Source: a virus
Lineage: Duplodnaviria; Caudoviricetes
DNA length: 64,000 nt
Direction: 5' to 3' (one strand)
Virus record (IMG/VR): IMGVR_UViG_3300003320_000853
The position numbers and the translations under genes are program-made. Positions within the stretch are counted from its first letter, which is position 1. The number at the start of each line of letters is the position of its first letter. This document shows positions 47,297-55,944 of the stretch, piece by piece. The notes under the pieces were generated by a model. The model was not told the origin of the DNA. It did not search any database and saw only the letters and a program-made list of their open reading frames with translations.

Positions 47297-47875
47297 ATGT
47301 CATACAGAGCAATCAGAACTGTCACACGCGGCCTCCTGCGCGAAGTTGAAGGTGAATACAAGGATCGCATCCTTGTCGATGAGCACCCTTGGGGTGCGGA
47401 GGACATGTTCACTGTTTCGGTCCTCAAGGAGGGTCAGGTCGCCGCCGCGCTCATCCTCCGTGCTGTTCTGTTCTCTGCGGAGGAAGCCGCAGGGCTCGAC
47501 ATCGAATCTATCAACATGTCAAGCCTGGCCCGTCGGATCCTTCGCCGCTTTGGCGCTGCAACGACGCAGGGGGCATTCGTGGGCATCCAGGAGTCCGAAG
47601 TCAGCCGCTTCCTCTTCGAGAGGCTGGGGTCCCATCTGGGTCCCACAGCGACCGAGAGGGCTCGCCAACGGGAAGCGTCGGATCTCGTGGCTCGGACGCG
47701 GGCGACCCGGCCGAGGGTAATACCCCAGGTGATCCCGGCGGAGAGCGGATTCGATCTCGTACTGCATGGGCTCACCGCGAACGACGTGCTGAGGGCCGTC
47801 GAAGCGCTGCCCGAGGCGAAGCCGCCCAGCTCGTCGCGAACGGCATACGAGCATCTCCTCGCCGACGAGCTGTAA
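47297..47875 (+). CDS. Hypothetical protein with C-terminal tag (SRTAYEHLLADEL)
   Basis: GGTGTA 47278-47283, tag. Confidence 0.7.
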   Translation: MSYRAIRTVTRGLLREVEGEYKDRILVDEHPWGAEDMFTVSVLKEGQVAAALILRAVLFSAEEAAGLDIESINMSSLARRILRRFGAATTQGAFVGIQESEVSRFLFERLGSHLGPTATERARQREASDLVARTRATRPRVIPQVIPAESGFDLVLHGLTANDVLRAVEALPEAKPPSSSRTAYEHLLADEL

Positions 47876-48490
47876 TCAATCGTAATCCTTCGGGGGCTTC
47901 ATCCGTATCGTCGCCTCCCATCCAAGATGGATCGCGATCACGAGAATGTTGAGCCCGAGCAGGCACGACCACGCGTACCGCCAGTTGGGGAAGTAGTCCC
48001 CCAGGATGATGGTCGTGTAGGCGGCCAGATAGGCTCCCAGGGTCATCTCGGTGACCCCCAGCCAGCACTTCCCACGCCAGAAGGCGCGGCCGAAGAAGTA
48101 CCACCCACCCCCGACGCACAGGGCTTGCACGACGGCGTAGACCCAGTAGGCGGCCGAGCGGGGGTAGAAGATCGTGATGGCCGTGGCGCCGATGATCGCT
48201 GCCCGGGGGACGACCTTGCTTGGACAACGATCCGTGATCCAGATCGTCGTCCAGAGGAGGGCAACGGGCTCCGAGAGAAAAGACAGCTCGTCGATCGTGA
48301 AGAGCGATCGGTGGTGCGGCCGAGTGATTTCGAGGAAATGTCGCGCGAAGTCCACGACCGCGACCCACAACGTATAGTGGGCCATCGGCCAGTGGAAGGT
48401 AGACTTGCGGGCGTGGTTCCGTGCGAGTGCTGCAACAACGCCCTGGAGGCCGTAGCCTACCCAGGCTAGCCACCAGGGCGGTGTGTGCAT
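47876..48490 (-). CDS. Multi-pass membrane protein
   Basis: About 7 hydrophobic segments. Confidence 0.65.
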   Translation of the reverse strand: MHTPPWWLAWVGYGLQGVVAALARNHARKSTFHWPMAHYTLWVAVVDFARHFLEITRPHHRSLFTIDELSFLSEPVALLWTTIWITDRCPSKVVPRAAIIGATAITIFYPRSAAYWVYAVVQALCVGGGWYFFGRAFWRGKCWLGVTEMTLGAYLAAYTTIILGDYFPNWRYAWSCLLGLNILVIAIHLGWEATIRMKPPKDYD

Positions 48491-48495
48491 CTACG

Positions 48496-48741
48496 TCACG
48501 TGGTGGCCGGCGGCGTGGTCGGCGGGGGCGTGGCCGGCGGCGTGGGGGTCGGAGGCATGAGATCGGGGTGGATCATGCTGATCGCGACGACCGCAAGCGT
48601 CCTCCAGTGGAGCTGCTCATCGGCGGGGATCGTGCTGAACGCGGTGAGGTCGGGGGTCTGGCCGGTCTTCAGCGTGACGCTGAGCTGCCAAAGAATCGAG
48701 GCGACGCGGTCGGGCGGCGGCGGCGGTGATGTGAAACCCAT
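48496..48741 (-). CDS. Small Pro/Thr-rich protein
   Basis: AGGAGG RBS before MGFTSPPPP. Confidence 0.6.
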   Translation of the reverse strand: MGFTSPPPPPDRVASILWQLSVTLKTGQTPDLTAFSTIPADEQLHWRTLAVVAISMIHPDLMPPTPTPPATPPPTTPPATT

Positions 48742-48979
48742 GGGTCGATTACCTCCTGATCGACTATGGCACCCGATAAGGCGATCGTGGCGGGCCCCAT
48801 TTGTCAGACAACTGAACACCGCCCCCGCTACCCTACCTACACCAGGGGGATCACCGCCCTCGAAAATCTCACTAGGGCGGTTGATCGGGAGTGGGGGTCC
48901 GCTGTAGAGGGCAGCACAAGGGATGCGGAAGACGGGCCCGAAAGGGCGTTGACCGAAACCTCGAAAAGAGAGACATCCC

Positions 48980-49075
48980 ATGTACGACATCTTCTACAGC
49001 ATCACGTACCGCATCATGTTCCGCGTCTTGACGATTTTCGTGATCGTCCGCCGCTACATCATGAAGGGCTTCTGA
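48980..49075 (+). CDS. 31-aa hydrophobic/basic peptide (MYDIFYSITYRIMFRVLTIFVIVRRYIMKGF), not in the ORF track
   Basis: AAAAGAGAGA upstream, strong hairpin directly downstream. Confidence 0.5.
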   Translation: MYDIFYSITYRIMFRVLTIFVIVRRYIMKGF

Positions 49076-49082
49076 GCCCTGA

Positions 49083-49110
49083 ACGAAGGGGGCCTCCGGG
49101 CCCCCTTCGT
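49083..49110 (+). terminator. GC-rich 12-bp hairpin, probable terminator
   Basis: ACGAAGGGGGCC-TCCG-GGCCCCCTTCGT, weak U tract. Confidence 0.65.
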
Positions 49111-49137
49111 CGTTCCATGCGGTGTACTCCGACGAGC

Positions 49138-49362
49138 ATGGGTTCCAACTACTACATCGTGAAGGTGCGCCTCCAGAAGGGCCGTCAGTGGCGCTCCGTG
49201 GGGCTGAAGTACGGTCCGGGAGAGGACGTCCCCCAGATGGTCGGGCACTTCGAGACGCTGCTGTCTGCCAAGCGGACAGCCAGGACGGTAGGGAGAGAGC
49301 GCCCTGACATCCACAGCATCGCCGTCTTCCTGAAAGGTAGGATTGTGGTCCGAATCCGTTGA
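49138..49362 (+). CDS. Small basic protein
   Basis: GGTGTA 11 nt upstream. Confidence 0.6.
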   Translation: MGSNYYIVKVRLQKGRQWRSVGLKYGPGEDVPQMVGHFETLLSAKRTARTVGRERPDIHSIAVFLKGRIVVRIR

Positions 49363-49392
49363 TCGGCGGATGTGCCCCCTTGTAGGTGGGGC

Positions 49393-49575
49393 ATGGAAAT
49401 CATCTTCGGCCGGGGGTTCGGGAAAGTCTCGTTCAAGGGGTCGCTAGTCACCTACTGGAGTGACTTGAGTCTCAAGCGCGTCACGCGGCCGGCGGACGAG
49501 ATCCCGGAGGAAGAGCTACCGCTCTTCGACAAGGTTGTCTTGGACCAGATCCGGTGGCTCCGGCAGATGAACTAG
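49393..49575 (+). CDS. Small hypothetical protein
   Basis: TTGTAG variant upstream, CTAG overlap. Confidence 0.5.
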   Translation: MEIIFGRGFGKVSFKGSLVTYWSDLSLKRVTRPADEIPEEELPLFDKVVLDQIRWLRQMN

Positions 49576-50039
49576 GGCTCGCGCCGGAAGAATGGCCGGG
49601 GACCCAGACGCTCCCCAAGCGTTGCCCCGAGCGTGCTCCGAGACGAGGCCCTGAGCGGCTTGGTCTTCTCCCGCCTCGGGTCGTAGCCGGGCATGAGCTT
49701 GGCCCGCTCCTGGCGGAGCAGAGCGAGGAGCTTCATGCGCACGTACTCCTCCGAGTCTTCCGGGTGGATCACGAGGACGGGGATGTCTGGGTGATCGCGC
49801 TGGAAGACCTTCGCCCGCTTCCAGCCGGACTTCACCTGAATTTTGACGGTATCGTAATACCCGTCAGGATCCCCTGCGTCCACTTCGACGACGAGATCCA
49901 CACCCTGATGATCTTCATCGTGGGTCGCACGGCGGATCGACTTCACCCAAGGGGGCACCCTGTACGGGCACACCTCGAAGCAGAGCGAAGCCAGGAGCTC
50001 CGCGGTCGCGCCCATGACTTGCGCCTCACGTCCTCTCAT
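49572..50039 (-). CDS. PD-(D/E)xK nuclease-fold protein
   Basis: GxxAE...D..GVDLVV...KIQVKS. Confidence 0.6.
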   Translation of the reverse strand: MRGREAQVMGATAELLASLCFEVCPYRVPPWVKSIRRATHDEDHQGVDLVVEVDAGDPDGYYDTVKIQVKSGWKRAKVFQRDHPDIPVLVIHPEDSEEYVRMKLLALLRQERAKLMPGYDPRREKTKPLRASSRSTLGATLGERLGPRPFFRREP

Positions 50040-50069
50040 CGTCCTCAGTCCTCGGTGTACACCGATTGA

Positions 50070-50744
50070 TTGAGACTCTTTTCGCCCGGTAGAAGTAGCA
50101 TGCCTCCCGACTATACGCTTGACGAGTGGATGCGAGGCGTTCCGCCGCCTTCGTCGGCCCCTCCTGGCACGAAGGGGTACGTCTATGGGGTGGGTCTCAG
50201 CATTCGGAACAAGCTCATCCCCTACATGGCCCGGACAGGTGCAACCCCGCCCTTCGAAGTCGTGCATGTTCTGGAGGAGCACGAGGTCTTCGCGAAGGAC
50301 TTCTCGGAAGTGAGCCGCCTCCGGAACGAGCTGTTCAAGAAGCACGAGGCAGCTCGTGCAAAGGCCGCTGCCCGTGCCGCCGAGAAGGCCAGGAAGGCCG
50401 CAGAGGAGGCTGAACAACGTGCTCGGGCGGAGGAGCTTCGTCGGGCAGAGACGGGGAGGGTCGCAGCCCATTCGGATGGGCTGGCGATTCACTGGGCCAT
50501 CGTGCTCGACCCCGGGCCAGAGACTTTCGCCCTCTTCCTCACGACGCGTCCCGGCTGGGCTCGCTTCTACCGCCCCATCACCCGTGATGAGGAAGCGCTC
50601 GTTGGGATCCGACGGAATGAGAAGGGGACCTTCCTCGCTCCCGTCGTGCGCCCTCGGACCGAGTTCTCGTTCACCCCTCGGCAGTTCCCGGAGATCCGGG
50701 TCGCCGAGCTCCTCCTGGAGTTCCCTCGGGCATACGCTTCTTGA
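50070..50744 (+). CDS. Hypothetical protein with coiled coil
   Basis: TTG 10 nt after GGTGTA, alternative ATG 50100. Confidence 0.6.
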   Translation: MRLFSPGRSSMPPDYTLDEWMRGVPPPSSAPPGTKGYVYGVGLSIRNKLIPYMARTGATPPFEVVHVLEEHEVFAKDFSEVSRLRNELFKKHEAARAKAAARAAEKARKAAEEAEQRARAEELRRAETGRVAAHSDGLAIHWAIVLDPGPETFALFLTTRPGWARFYRPITRDEEALVGIRRNEKGTFLAPVVRPRTEFSFTPRQFPEIRVAELLLEFPRAYAS

Positions 50745-50760
50745 GGGGGTATAGATCGCC

Positions 50761-51030
50761 ATGACGCGCGAAGAAGCGATCGATCTCCTCCGGAACGCGA
50801 AGCACGCCCTTGCGGACATGGGGGCAATCGTCCAGGCGGGTCAGGCGGAGGATGCCGAGATCAACCTCGAAGCGTTCGACATGAGCCGGGAGGACGCCTT
50901 GAAGCTCTCCTACATGCTCCTCCCAAACGGCCGGCGGGGGCACGTCCGGCTTGTCCTTCTTCCTCCACGGTGTGCCCGGGGGCTCGCCTTCATCGTGGGG
51001 GTGCTCCGGGCCTTCGCGAACGACGAGTAG
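50761..51030 (+). CDS. Small hypothetical protein
   Basis: GGGGTA variant upstream. Confidence 0.55.
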   Translation: MTREEAIDLLRNAKHALADMGAIVQAGQAEDAEINLEAFDMSREDALKLSYMLLPNGRRGHVRLVLLPPRCARGLAFIVGVLRAFANDE

Positions 51031-51306
51031 CTACGTCTTCAGACGTGCCTCCAGCGCCTCGATCTTCTTCTCGGCCTCGGCCAGCTTCCTCTGAGCTTCC
51101 GGAAGCTGATGGAGGGCGCGCAGCATGGGGAGGTACGTTCTGTCGTCCTCCTCGATCATCTTGCCATGGTTCGGCACGGAGATGGATCTGGAGTCGGCGG
51201 ACCCCTTGTAGAAGCACCGAGGGGTGTGTTGCTCCAACGGGCGACCGTAGAGACCGTTGCGAGCGCCGCAAAAGGGGCACTTCGACCAGTCTTCCTGATA
51301 GTTCAC
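51031..51306 (-). CDS. Small Zn-finger plus coiled-coil protein
   Basis: CPFCG..H..C. Confidence 0.6.
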   Translation of the reverse strand: MNYQEDWSKCPFCGARNGLYGRPLEQHTPRCFYKGSADSRSISVPNHGKMIEEDDRTYLPMLRALHQLPEAQRKLAEAEKKIEALEARLKT

Positions 51307-51746
51307 GCCGACCCCCGGACGCCATCCGCATCCATATCGTTGAGGCTGCGGAGAGCCTCCCTGGCGCGCAGGCGTTCTTCTGGTGAGAGGCTATCGTCCG
51401 TAGCCCTCTGAACGAAGGCCCTCCGAAGGAGATGCCGGCCCTTGCGGGTCGCAAGGATCTCGTAGATGACTCTCAGGATCTTGTCTTCGCGGCCGATCAT
51501 GTCGCACTCTTGGGCAGTCTTGGGCGGGCCAGGACACCCCGTCGGAGGAGGCACAATGGGCTTCCATTCGGGCGGCCGAAGAATGCCCTGGACAGCCACG
51601 CCGCGCTGACGGCAGACGAAGCAGCGGTACGCTTGCCATTCCTGACCGAAACGGTTGACTCCCTCGCGCAGGAGCTCCCACACATGTCCTGCCTGGAAGA
51701 GATAGCGGTAGTCCTCTTCGAGATCGAGCGGTTCAGACGATGCCAT
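51303..51746 (-). CDS. Hypothetical protein with H..CxxC..C motif
   Basis: Coupled ORF. Confidence 0.6.
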   Translation of the reverse strand: MASSEPLDLEEDYRYLFQAGHVWELLREGVNRFGQEWQAYRCFVCRQRGVAVQGILRPPEWKPIVPPPTGCPGPPKTAQECDMIGREDKILRVIYEILATRKGRHLLRRAFVQRATDDSLSPEERLRAREALRSLNDMDADGVRGSA

Positions 51747-52278
51747 CGGGAGAGGGCACCTTGTAGAGGGGGGGATCCTTGGGATCCTTGCGACGGACGA
51801 AGCGTGTCCGGTATACGCTGTCCGGCCAGAGGACAATCTCGTTCCACGAGGTGACGTGCCGAGCATGGGTCGTGCCGTGGAGCAACGACGTGTAGACGAC
51901 GACCTCTCCGCCCTCGTCGCCCGTCCAGCTCGCGAGGAAGTGTACCTTGTAGACGCCGCCCTTGAAGTGATCCCAGACGCCTTCCTGGATGGGCATGGGG
52001 ATCGACCAGCCCTCCCGGAGGCAATTCAAGATCCGACGGATCTCGTCCTTGTTGATGAAGTCGCTCGACATCCGGGGACGGTCCCCCCACATGCCGAAGA
52101 GCGGCTCCACGAGATCCTCGTGGCTTCGCCCATGGAGGAAGACGACATCGGAGGCGATCTCGATGAGGGTGTTGAGCAGCTTTTGATCCCCGGGCAGGAT
52201 CAGCTCGTCCGTGAAGTCATCGGGACGGAGCCAGTTCTTCGCGAGATGCTTCCAGATGTCGATCGCAGGGGTCGTCAT
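51733..52278 (-). CDS. Protein with C-terminal DUF1653-like (SH3-fold) domain
   Basis: GxWxHFKGGxYxV...VVVYxSL..G..xAR...RF, GGTGTA 10 nt upstream. Confidence 0.72.
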   Translation of the reverse strand: MTTPAIDIWKHLAKNWLRPDDFTDELILPGDQKLLNTLIEIASDVVFLHGRSHEDLVEPLFGMWGDRPRMSSDFINKDEIRRILNCLREGWSIPMPIQEGVWDHFKGGVYKVHFLASWTGDEGGEVVVYTSLLHGTTHARHVTSWNEIVLWPDSVYRTRFVRRKDPKDPPLYKVPSPDGIV

Positions 52279-52475
52279 AGGGTTCCTTTACACCGAGAGT
52301 TTCCTCGATCTTCCCACTGTACGACCCCCAGGCGAGAGCCCGAATGTCCCCCGTCCTCTGTGTGATCGGCCCATTGTCCGAGATGCCCGTTTCCATGCAG
52401 GCAATCTCGCGCCGTGTGAGACGCCCCACAACCTGAACGGCGGGTCAGAGGTGAGATGGAGGGGCACATACCCCC

Positions 52476-52739
52476 TCAATATCGGGCCAGATCCCACTTC
52501 GATACGTCGACACCCAGCAGATTGACGAGCTTCTCGAAGTCCTCCTTGGGGAGGCGGATGGAGGCGCCTCGGGAGCACACGGACTGGAGCACGTGCTCCT
52601 TGACGCCCATCCCTTGAGCGGCCTTCTCTCGGGAGGGGTAGTGGACCATGAGAGGGTCGAGCTTGTCCGCAAGGATGCGCGTCTGCGTCCTCGAAAGGGT
52701 GAGCGCCTCAGTTCGTCGGCCTGTCGTTCGTCTGCCCAT
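52476..52739 (-). CDS. Small HTH-like protein
   Basis: SREKAAQGMGVKEHVLQSV helix-turn-helix-like pattern. Confidence 0.5.
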   Translation of the reverse strand: MGRRTTGRRTEALTLSRTQTRILADKLDPLMVHYPSREKAAQGMGVKEHVLQSVCSRGASIRLPKEDFEKLVNLLGVDVSKWDLARY

Positions 52740-52792
52740 GCTGGATCGTACCTACACCGGGGCCTTCGGGGCCTTTGGTGTATGCTTCATCT

Positions 52793-53350
52793 GTGAAAAC
52801 CGTGAAGGCGATCTGTGCCGAAGCCGAGTCCCATTTCGACCCCCAGAAGTCGTGGGCGGAGAACCTCGTGGGCATCGAGTTCCGCCACCGGGCTGCGGTA
52901 GCGCTCTGGCACTTCGTCCAGGACATGGACGAAGGTGGCTTCGCCCTGTGGTTCGAACGCGGCCATGGGGGGCACGGCCGGCGGACGCTCGGACCCTACG
53001 TGGCTCGGATGAACTGTCGGGTCACGCAACGGATCATCCAGATGATCAAGATCGTCTTTGCCAGGCGGGACATGGCGAAGATGATCGCCGGCCCGGTCGA
53101 ATACGCCGACCTCGATGCCGAGTGGCCCTCACTCCGGGAAGAATTCGTGGCGGCGGCCGAGCGCTTCGTCAACAAGTGCCCGGGCTGCGACTCGAAGAGC
53201 ATCGACGGAGGGCACCGCTTTAGCTGCTCCTACGTGAGAGGGACGGGACAGATCACCCTCCCCGTGGTCTTGGTCGGGGACAAGTTCGTGATCGACCGGG
53301 GGAATCCGCTTGCTTCGGCGGCCCTCGAAGCCATCAAGCGCCAGGGTTGA
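52793..53350 (+). CDS. DMP19/DUF4375-like domain protein
   Basis: FVQDMDEGGFALWFExG resembles the (N/E)GGFxQ(F/Y)F motif, GTG 10 nt after GGTGTA. Confidence 0.5.
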   Translation: MKTVKAICAEAESHFDPQKSWAENLVGIEFRHRAAVALWHFVQDMDEGGFALWFERGHGGHGRRTLGPYVARMNCRVTQRIIQMIKIVFARRDMAKMIAGPVEYADLDAEWPSLREEFVAAAERFVNKCPGCDSKSIDGGHRFSCSYVRGTGQITLPVVLVGDKFVIDRGNPLASAALEAIKRQG

Positions 53351-53380
53351 TCGGCGTCGCTCGGGAGCGGTATAGACCCC

Positions 53381-53815
53381 ATGGCGGCGAGACGCGGACG
53401 AGTTCCCGAGTGGGAGGAACGCTTCTGCTACGTGGTCGAGTTTGACCAGATGCACGGGACGTTCGAATCCTGGTACGGATCCCCATGCCCGAAATGCACG
53501 GAGTACGTGGATCCGTCCTGGTCCCGCGATCCTCGGGACGACTCGTACCGTCGCCGTTTGGTTGAGGCTGGGTACAGCTTTCATCCGGCGGTCGACGACT
53601 GGAACCCGTGCTTCTACGGGGGTCTCGTCGGAGTCAGGATCGTCGAGAACACCGACGGTACCGCGAGGATCCGCATCACGGGCGCAGACGACACCGCCAT
53701 GTCCCTCGGTTGTCCCTCGGTTGCGGATGCACAGGAAGCGCTCAAGCGGCTCCTGGCCATGTCCTTCATCCCCATGAAGGGCGACCTCTTCATGATGGGG
53801 TACTACTGGGACTAG
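53381..53815 (+). CDS. Hypothetical protein
   Basis: DDWxPxF...IxGADD motif, CTAG overlap. Confidence 0.65.
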   Translation: MAARRGRVPEWEERFCYVVEFDQMHGTFESWYGSPCPKCTEYVDPSWSRDPRDDSYRRRLVEAGYSFHPAVDDWNPCFYGGLVGVRIVENTDGTARIRITGADDTAMSLGCPSVADAQEALKRLLAMSFIPMKGDLFMMGYYWD

Positions 53816-54186
53816 AGGCGGAGCCAGCGGATGACGTGGCCTTTCTGCCAGGGTTCGAGAGGCTTCCCCGCATCGAGCCAGCCCTGAGCACGGCCCGCTT
53901 CCCACTGGCTCATCCCACCATTCCGGATGGCCTTGGCGAGCTTGGTGAGGTCGATGCTGGCCAAGAGCTCCCGATCGGCCGCCATCTGCCGAGATGCCTC
54001 TTCGCAGTCATCGGAGAGGGGAATGATGCCCCGACCATCTCCCGGAATGGTCGGAGCGCCAGGCAGCTCCTGAAGGGGCCAACGGATGCCTCCAGAGGCA
54101 CCGCAGCGTCGGCACCGCCAGTAAGAGTTGACTCCGAGCATCCCGTCGTCGGACTCGTAGCTCTCCCAATCGTGCGAGATCGGCAT
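53812..54186 (-). CDS. Hypothetical Zn-finger protein (HxW..CRRCG..C)
   Basis: GGTGTA 9 nt upstream. Confidence 0.65.
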   Translation of the reverse strand: MPISHDWESYESDDGMLGVNSYWRCRRCGASGGIRWPLQELPGAPTIPGDGRGIIPLSDDCEEASRQMAADRELLASIDLTKLAKAIRNGGMSQWEAGRAQGWLDAGKPLEPWQKGHVIRWLRL

Positions 54187-54195
54187 GGGGATCTG

Positions 54196-54212
54196 TACAC
54201 CGGCGTGGTGTA
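54196..54212. promoter_or_regulatory. Divergent GGTGTA promoter pair
   Basis: TACACCGGCGTGGTGTA, 9 nt to ATG 54186(-) and 10 nt to ATG 54223(+). Confidence 0.75.
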
Positions 54213-54222
54213 GGGCGCCCGA

Positions 54223-55494
54223 ATGCGTGAATACTGGGATCGAGCCAAGCCTATTCTTCGGCGCGGCCTCAACAAGGCCCTCCCCATCCTCAAGCTTGGA
54301 ACAAAATTCGTCCCTCTGATCCCGACCGGCGAGGATACCTGGCCGCAGCGGGTCGCCAAGTGCATCGCGCTCCTCGACGCCACGAAGGAAGTTCTCGACG
54401 GCCAAGCGATGACCAAGCTCCGAGCCATCAAGGAGAAGTACAGCCTCGTGGAGACGGAGTCGGAGACCTTCGTCCGCTTGTTCTTCTCGACGACGCTCCG
54501 AGACATGTTCACGCTGCACCGGGAAGCTCTAGACGAGTACGAGGATCTCATCGAGGCGGTTGGAACAGACGGAGAGCGTCTGTTCTTCCGCGAGAGCAAC
54601 AACTTTGGGCTCAAGGAAGGATTCTACGCAACGCCTGAGACCGACTTCGAGAGGATCGTCGACCGTCTCTGGACGGACTATCCCGACGGCATCTTCCTGA
54701 GCATCACCCAAGCCCAAGGCTGGAAGAAGGAGACGACGCTCTGCGAAGTCCCTCCGGTTCCGATCGAGCGCCTCTGCCGGGTCGCCAAGGAGAGGCTCAA
54801 GAGGGCCGTGGAGGTTCATCGTGGCTTCATGCTCGACGGGACGCATCGTTGCTACCTGGCCTATGGTCCGCCTGGCACGGGGAAGTCTTCCTTCGCCGTG
54901 CTCTTCGCCCGAGAGTTCGGTGGGAGAGCCCTCAAGATCGACGCGACGTCCCTCCCGATCGTCAACGTCAAGGAGTTCGGATTCCTGATCGATACGCTCC
55001 GCCCGAGCTTTCTCATCCTCGACGACATCGATCGTGCGGATGTCGCCCAAGTGGAGGCTCGGATCCTCTTCCTCCTGGAGAGGCTCAAGACCCACTACCC
55101 GAAGATGACCGTGATCCTCACGGCGAACGAGCCGAGCAAGCTCGGCTCCGCCCTTCTCCGGTGCGGCCGGATCGACGTCCCGTGGAAGTTCACGGCGCCC
55201 GAGCCGGACGAGATGGACATGATGCTTCTCGGCCTGATGCAGGCTCACAGCGTGCCGGCGGGGCGGGCGACGGCCGAGGCCCGGACGAAGATCCGGGAGA
55301 TCGGCAGCGAGCTCACACACGCCTACCTGGACGATCTCTGCCGGCGGCTCCGCCACGAAGAGATCGACGACGTGCTGGAGAGCGTCCTGCTCCTCAAGAG
55401 CCTGGCCGATTCTGCGGGCTCTGGGGGTCCGAGCACCCCCAACGGGACCAAGGCCAACGGACCCCCTGTCGGGTCGCTACCAACCAAGGGATGA
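54223..55494 (+). CDS. AAA+ ATPase (BCS1-like/classical clade)
   Basis: YGPPGTGKSS, LILDDID, LTAN, ALLRCGRID. Confidence 0.9.
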   Translation: MREYWDRAKPILRRGLNKALPILKLGTKFVPLIPTGEDTWPQRVAKCIALLDATKEVLDGQAMTKLRAIKEKYSLVETESETFVRLFFSTTLRDMFTLHREALDEYEDLIEAVGTDGERLFFRESNNFGLKEGFYATPETDFERIVDRLWTDYPDGIFLSITQAQGWKKETTLCEVPPVPIERLCRVAKERLKRAVEVHRGFMLDGTHRCYLAYGPPGTGKSSFAVLFAREFGGRALKIDATSLPIVNVKEFGFLIDTLRPSFLILDDIDRADVAQVEARILFLLERLKTHYPKMTVILTANEPSKLGSALLRCGRIDVPWKFTAPEPDEMDMMLLGLMQAHSVPAGRATAEARTKIREIGSELTHAYLDDLCRRLRHEEIDDVLESVLLLKSLADSAGSGGPSTPNGTKANGPPVGSLPTKG

Positions 55495-55520
55495 CCCCCA
55501 GGTTGGTGTAGGATCTGGGG

Positions 55521-55904
55521 GTGAGCACATACATCACCGACGTCGACCCCATCACCCTGGACGCACGGATGCGGGCCAGGGACATCATCACGCTCGACTA
55601 TTTCGAGGCTCTCCCCGAGTGCTGCTTCATCCGCGAGCACCTGGACGCCGCGATGAAGGCTCTGGCCGCGGGAGAACCCGACAAGCACATCCAGCTCTTG
55701 AGCTTCGAGTGGACGCAGACGGGTTCCGCGATGCACTACGAGAGCCTCTTGATCAAGAAGATCGGGCCGAAGATCATGGGCAAGGTCGAGGCCATCTTCA
55801 CCTGGGAGGAGGGGGAGTGGCAGACCGGCCTCATCATCGAGGACGGCAAGGTGACCGAGTGCGAGGTCGAGCGGAAACTCCTCCGGCCCAAGAAGCGCCG
55901 TTGA
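55521..55904 (+). CDS. Hypothetical protein
   Basis: GGTGTA 10 nt before GTG. Confidence 0.7.
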   Translation: MSTYITDVDPITLDARMRARDIITLDYFEALPECCFIREHLDAAMKALAAGEPDKHIQLLSFEWTQTGSAMHYESLLIKKIGPKIMGKVEAIFTWEEGEWQTGLIIEDGKVTECEVERKLLRPKKRR

Positions 55905-55944
55905 TCGGCAAACCTGGGCGCCTGTAGAAAAGATCGGAGGAAGC

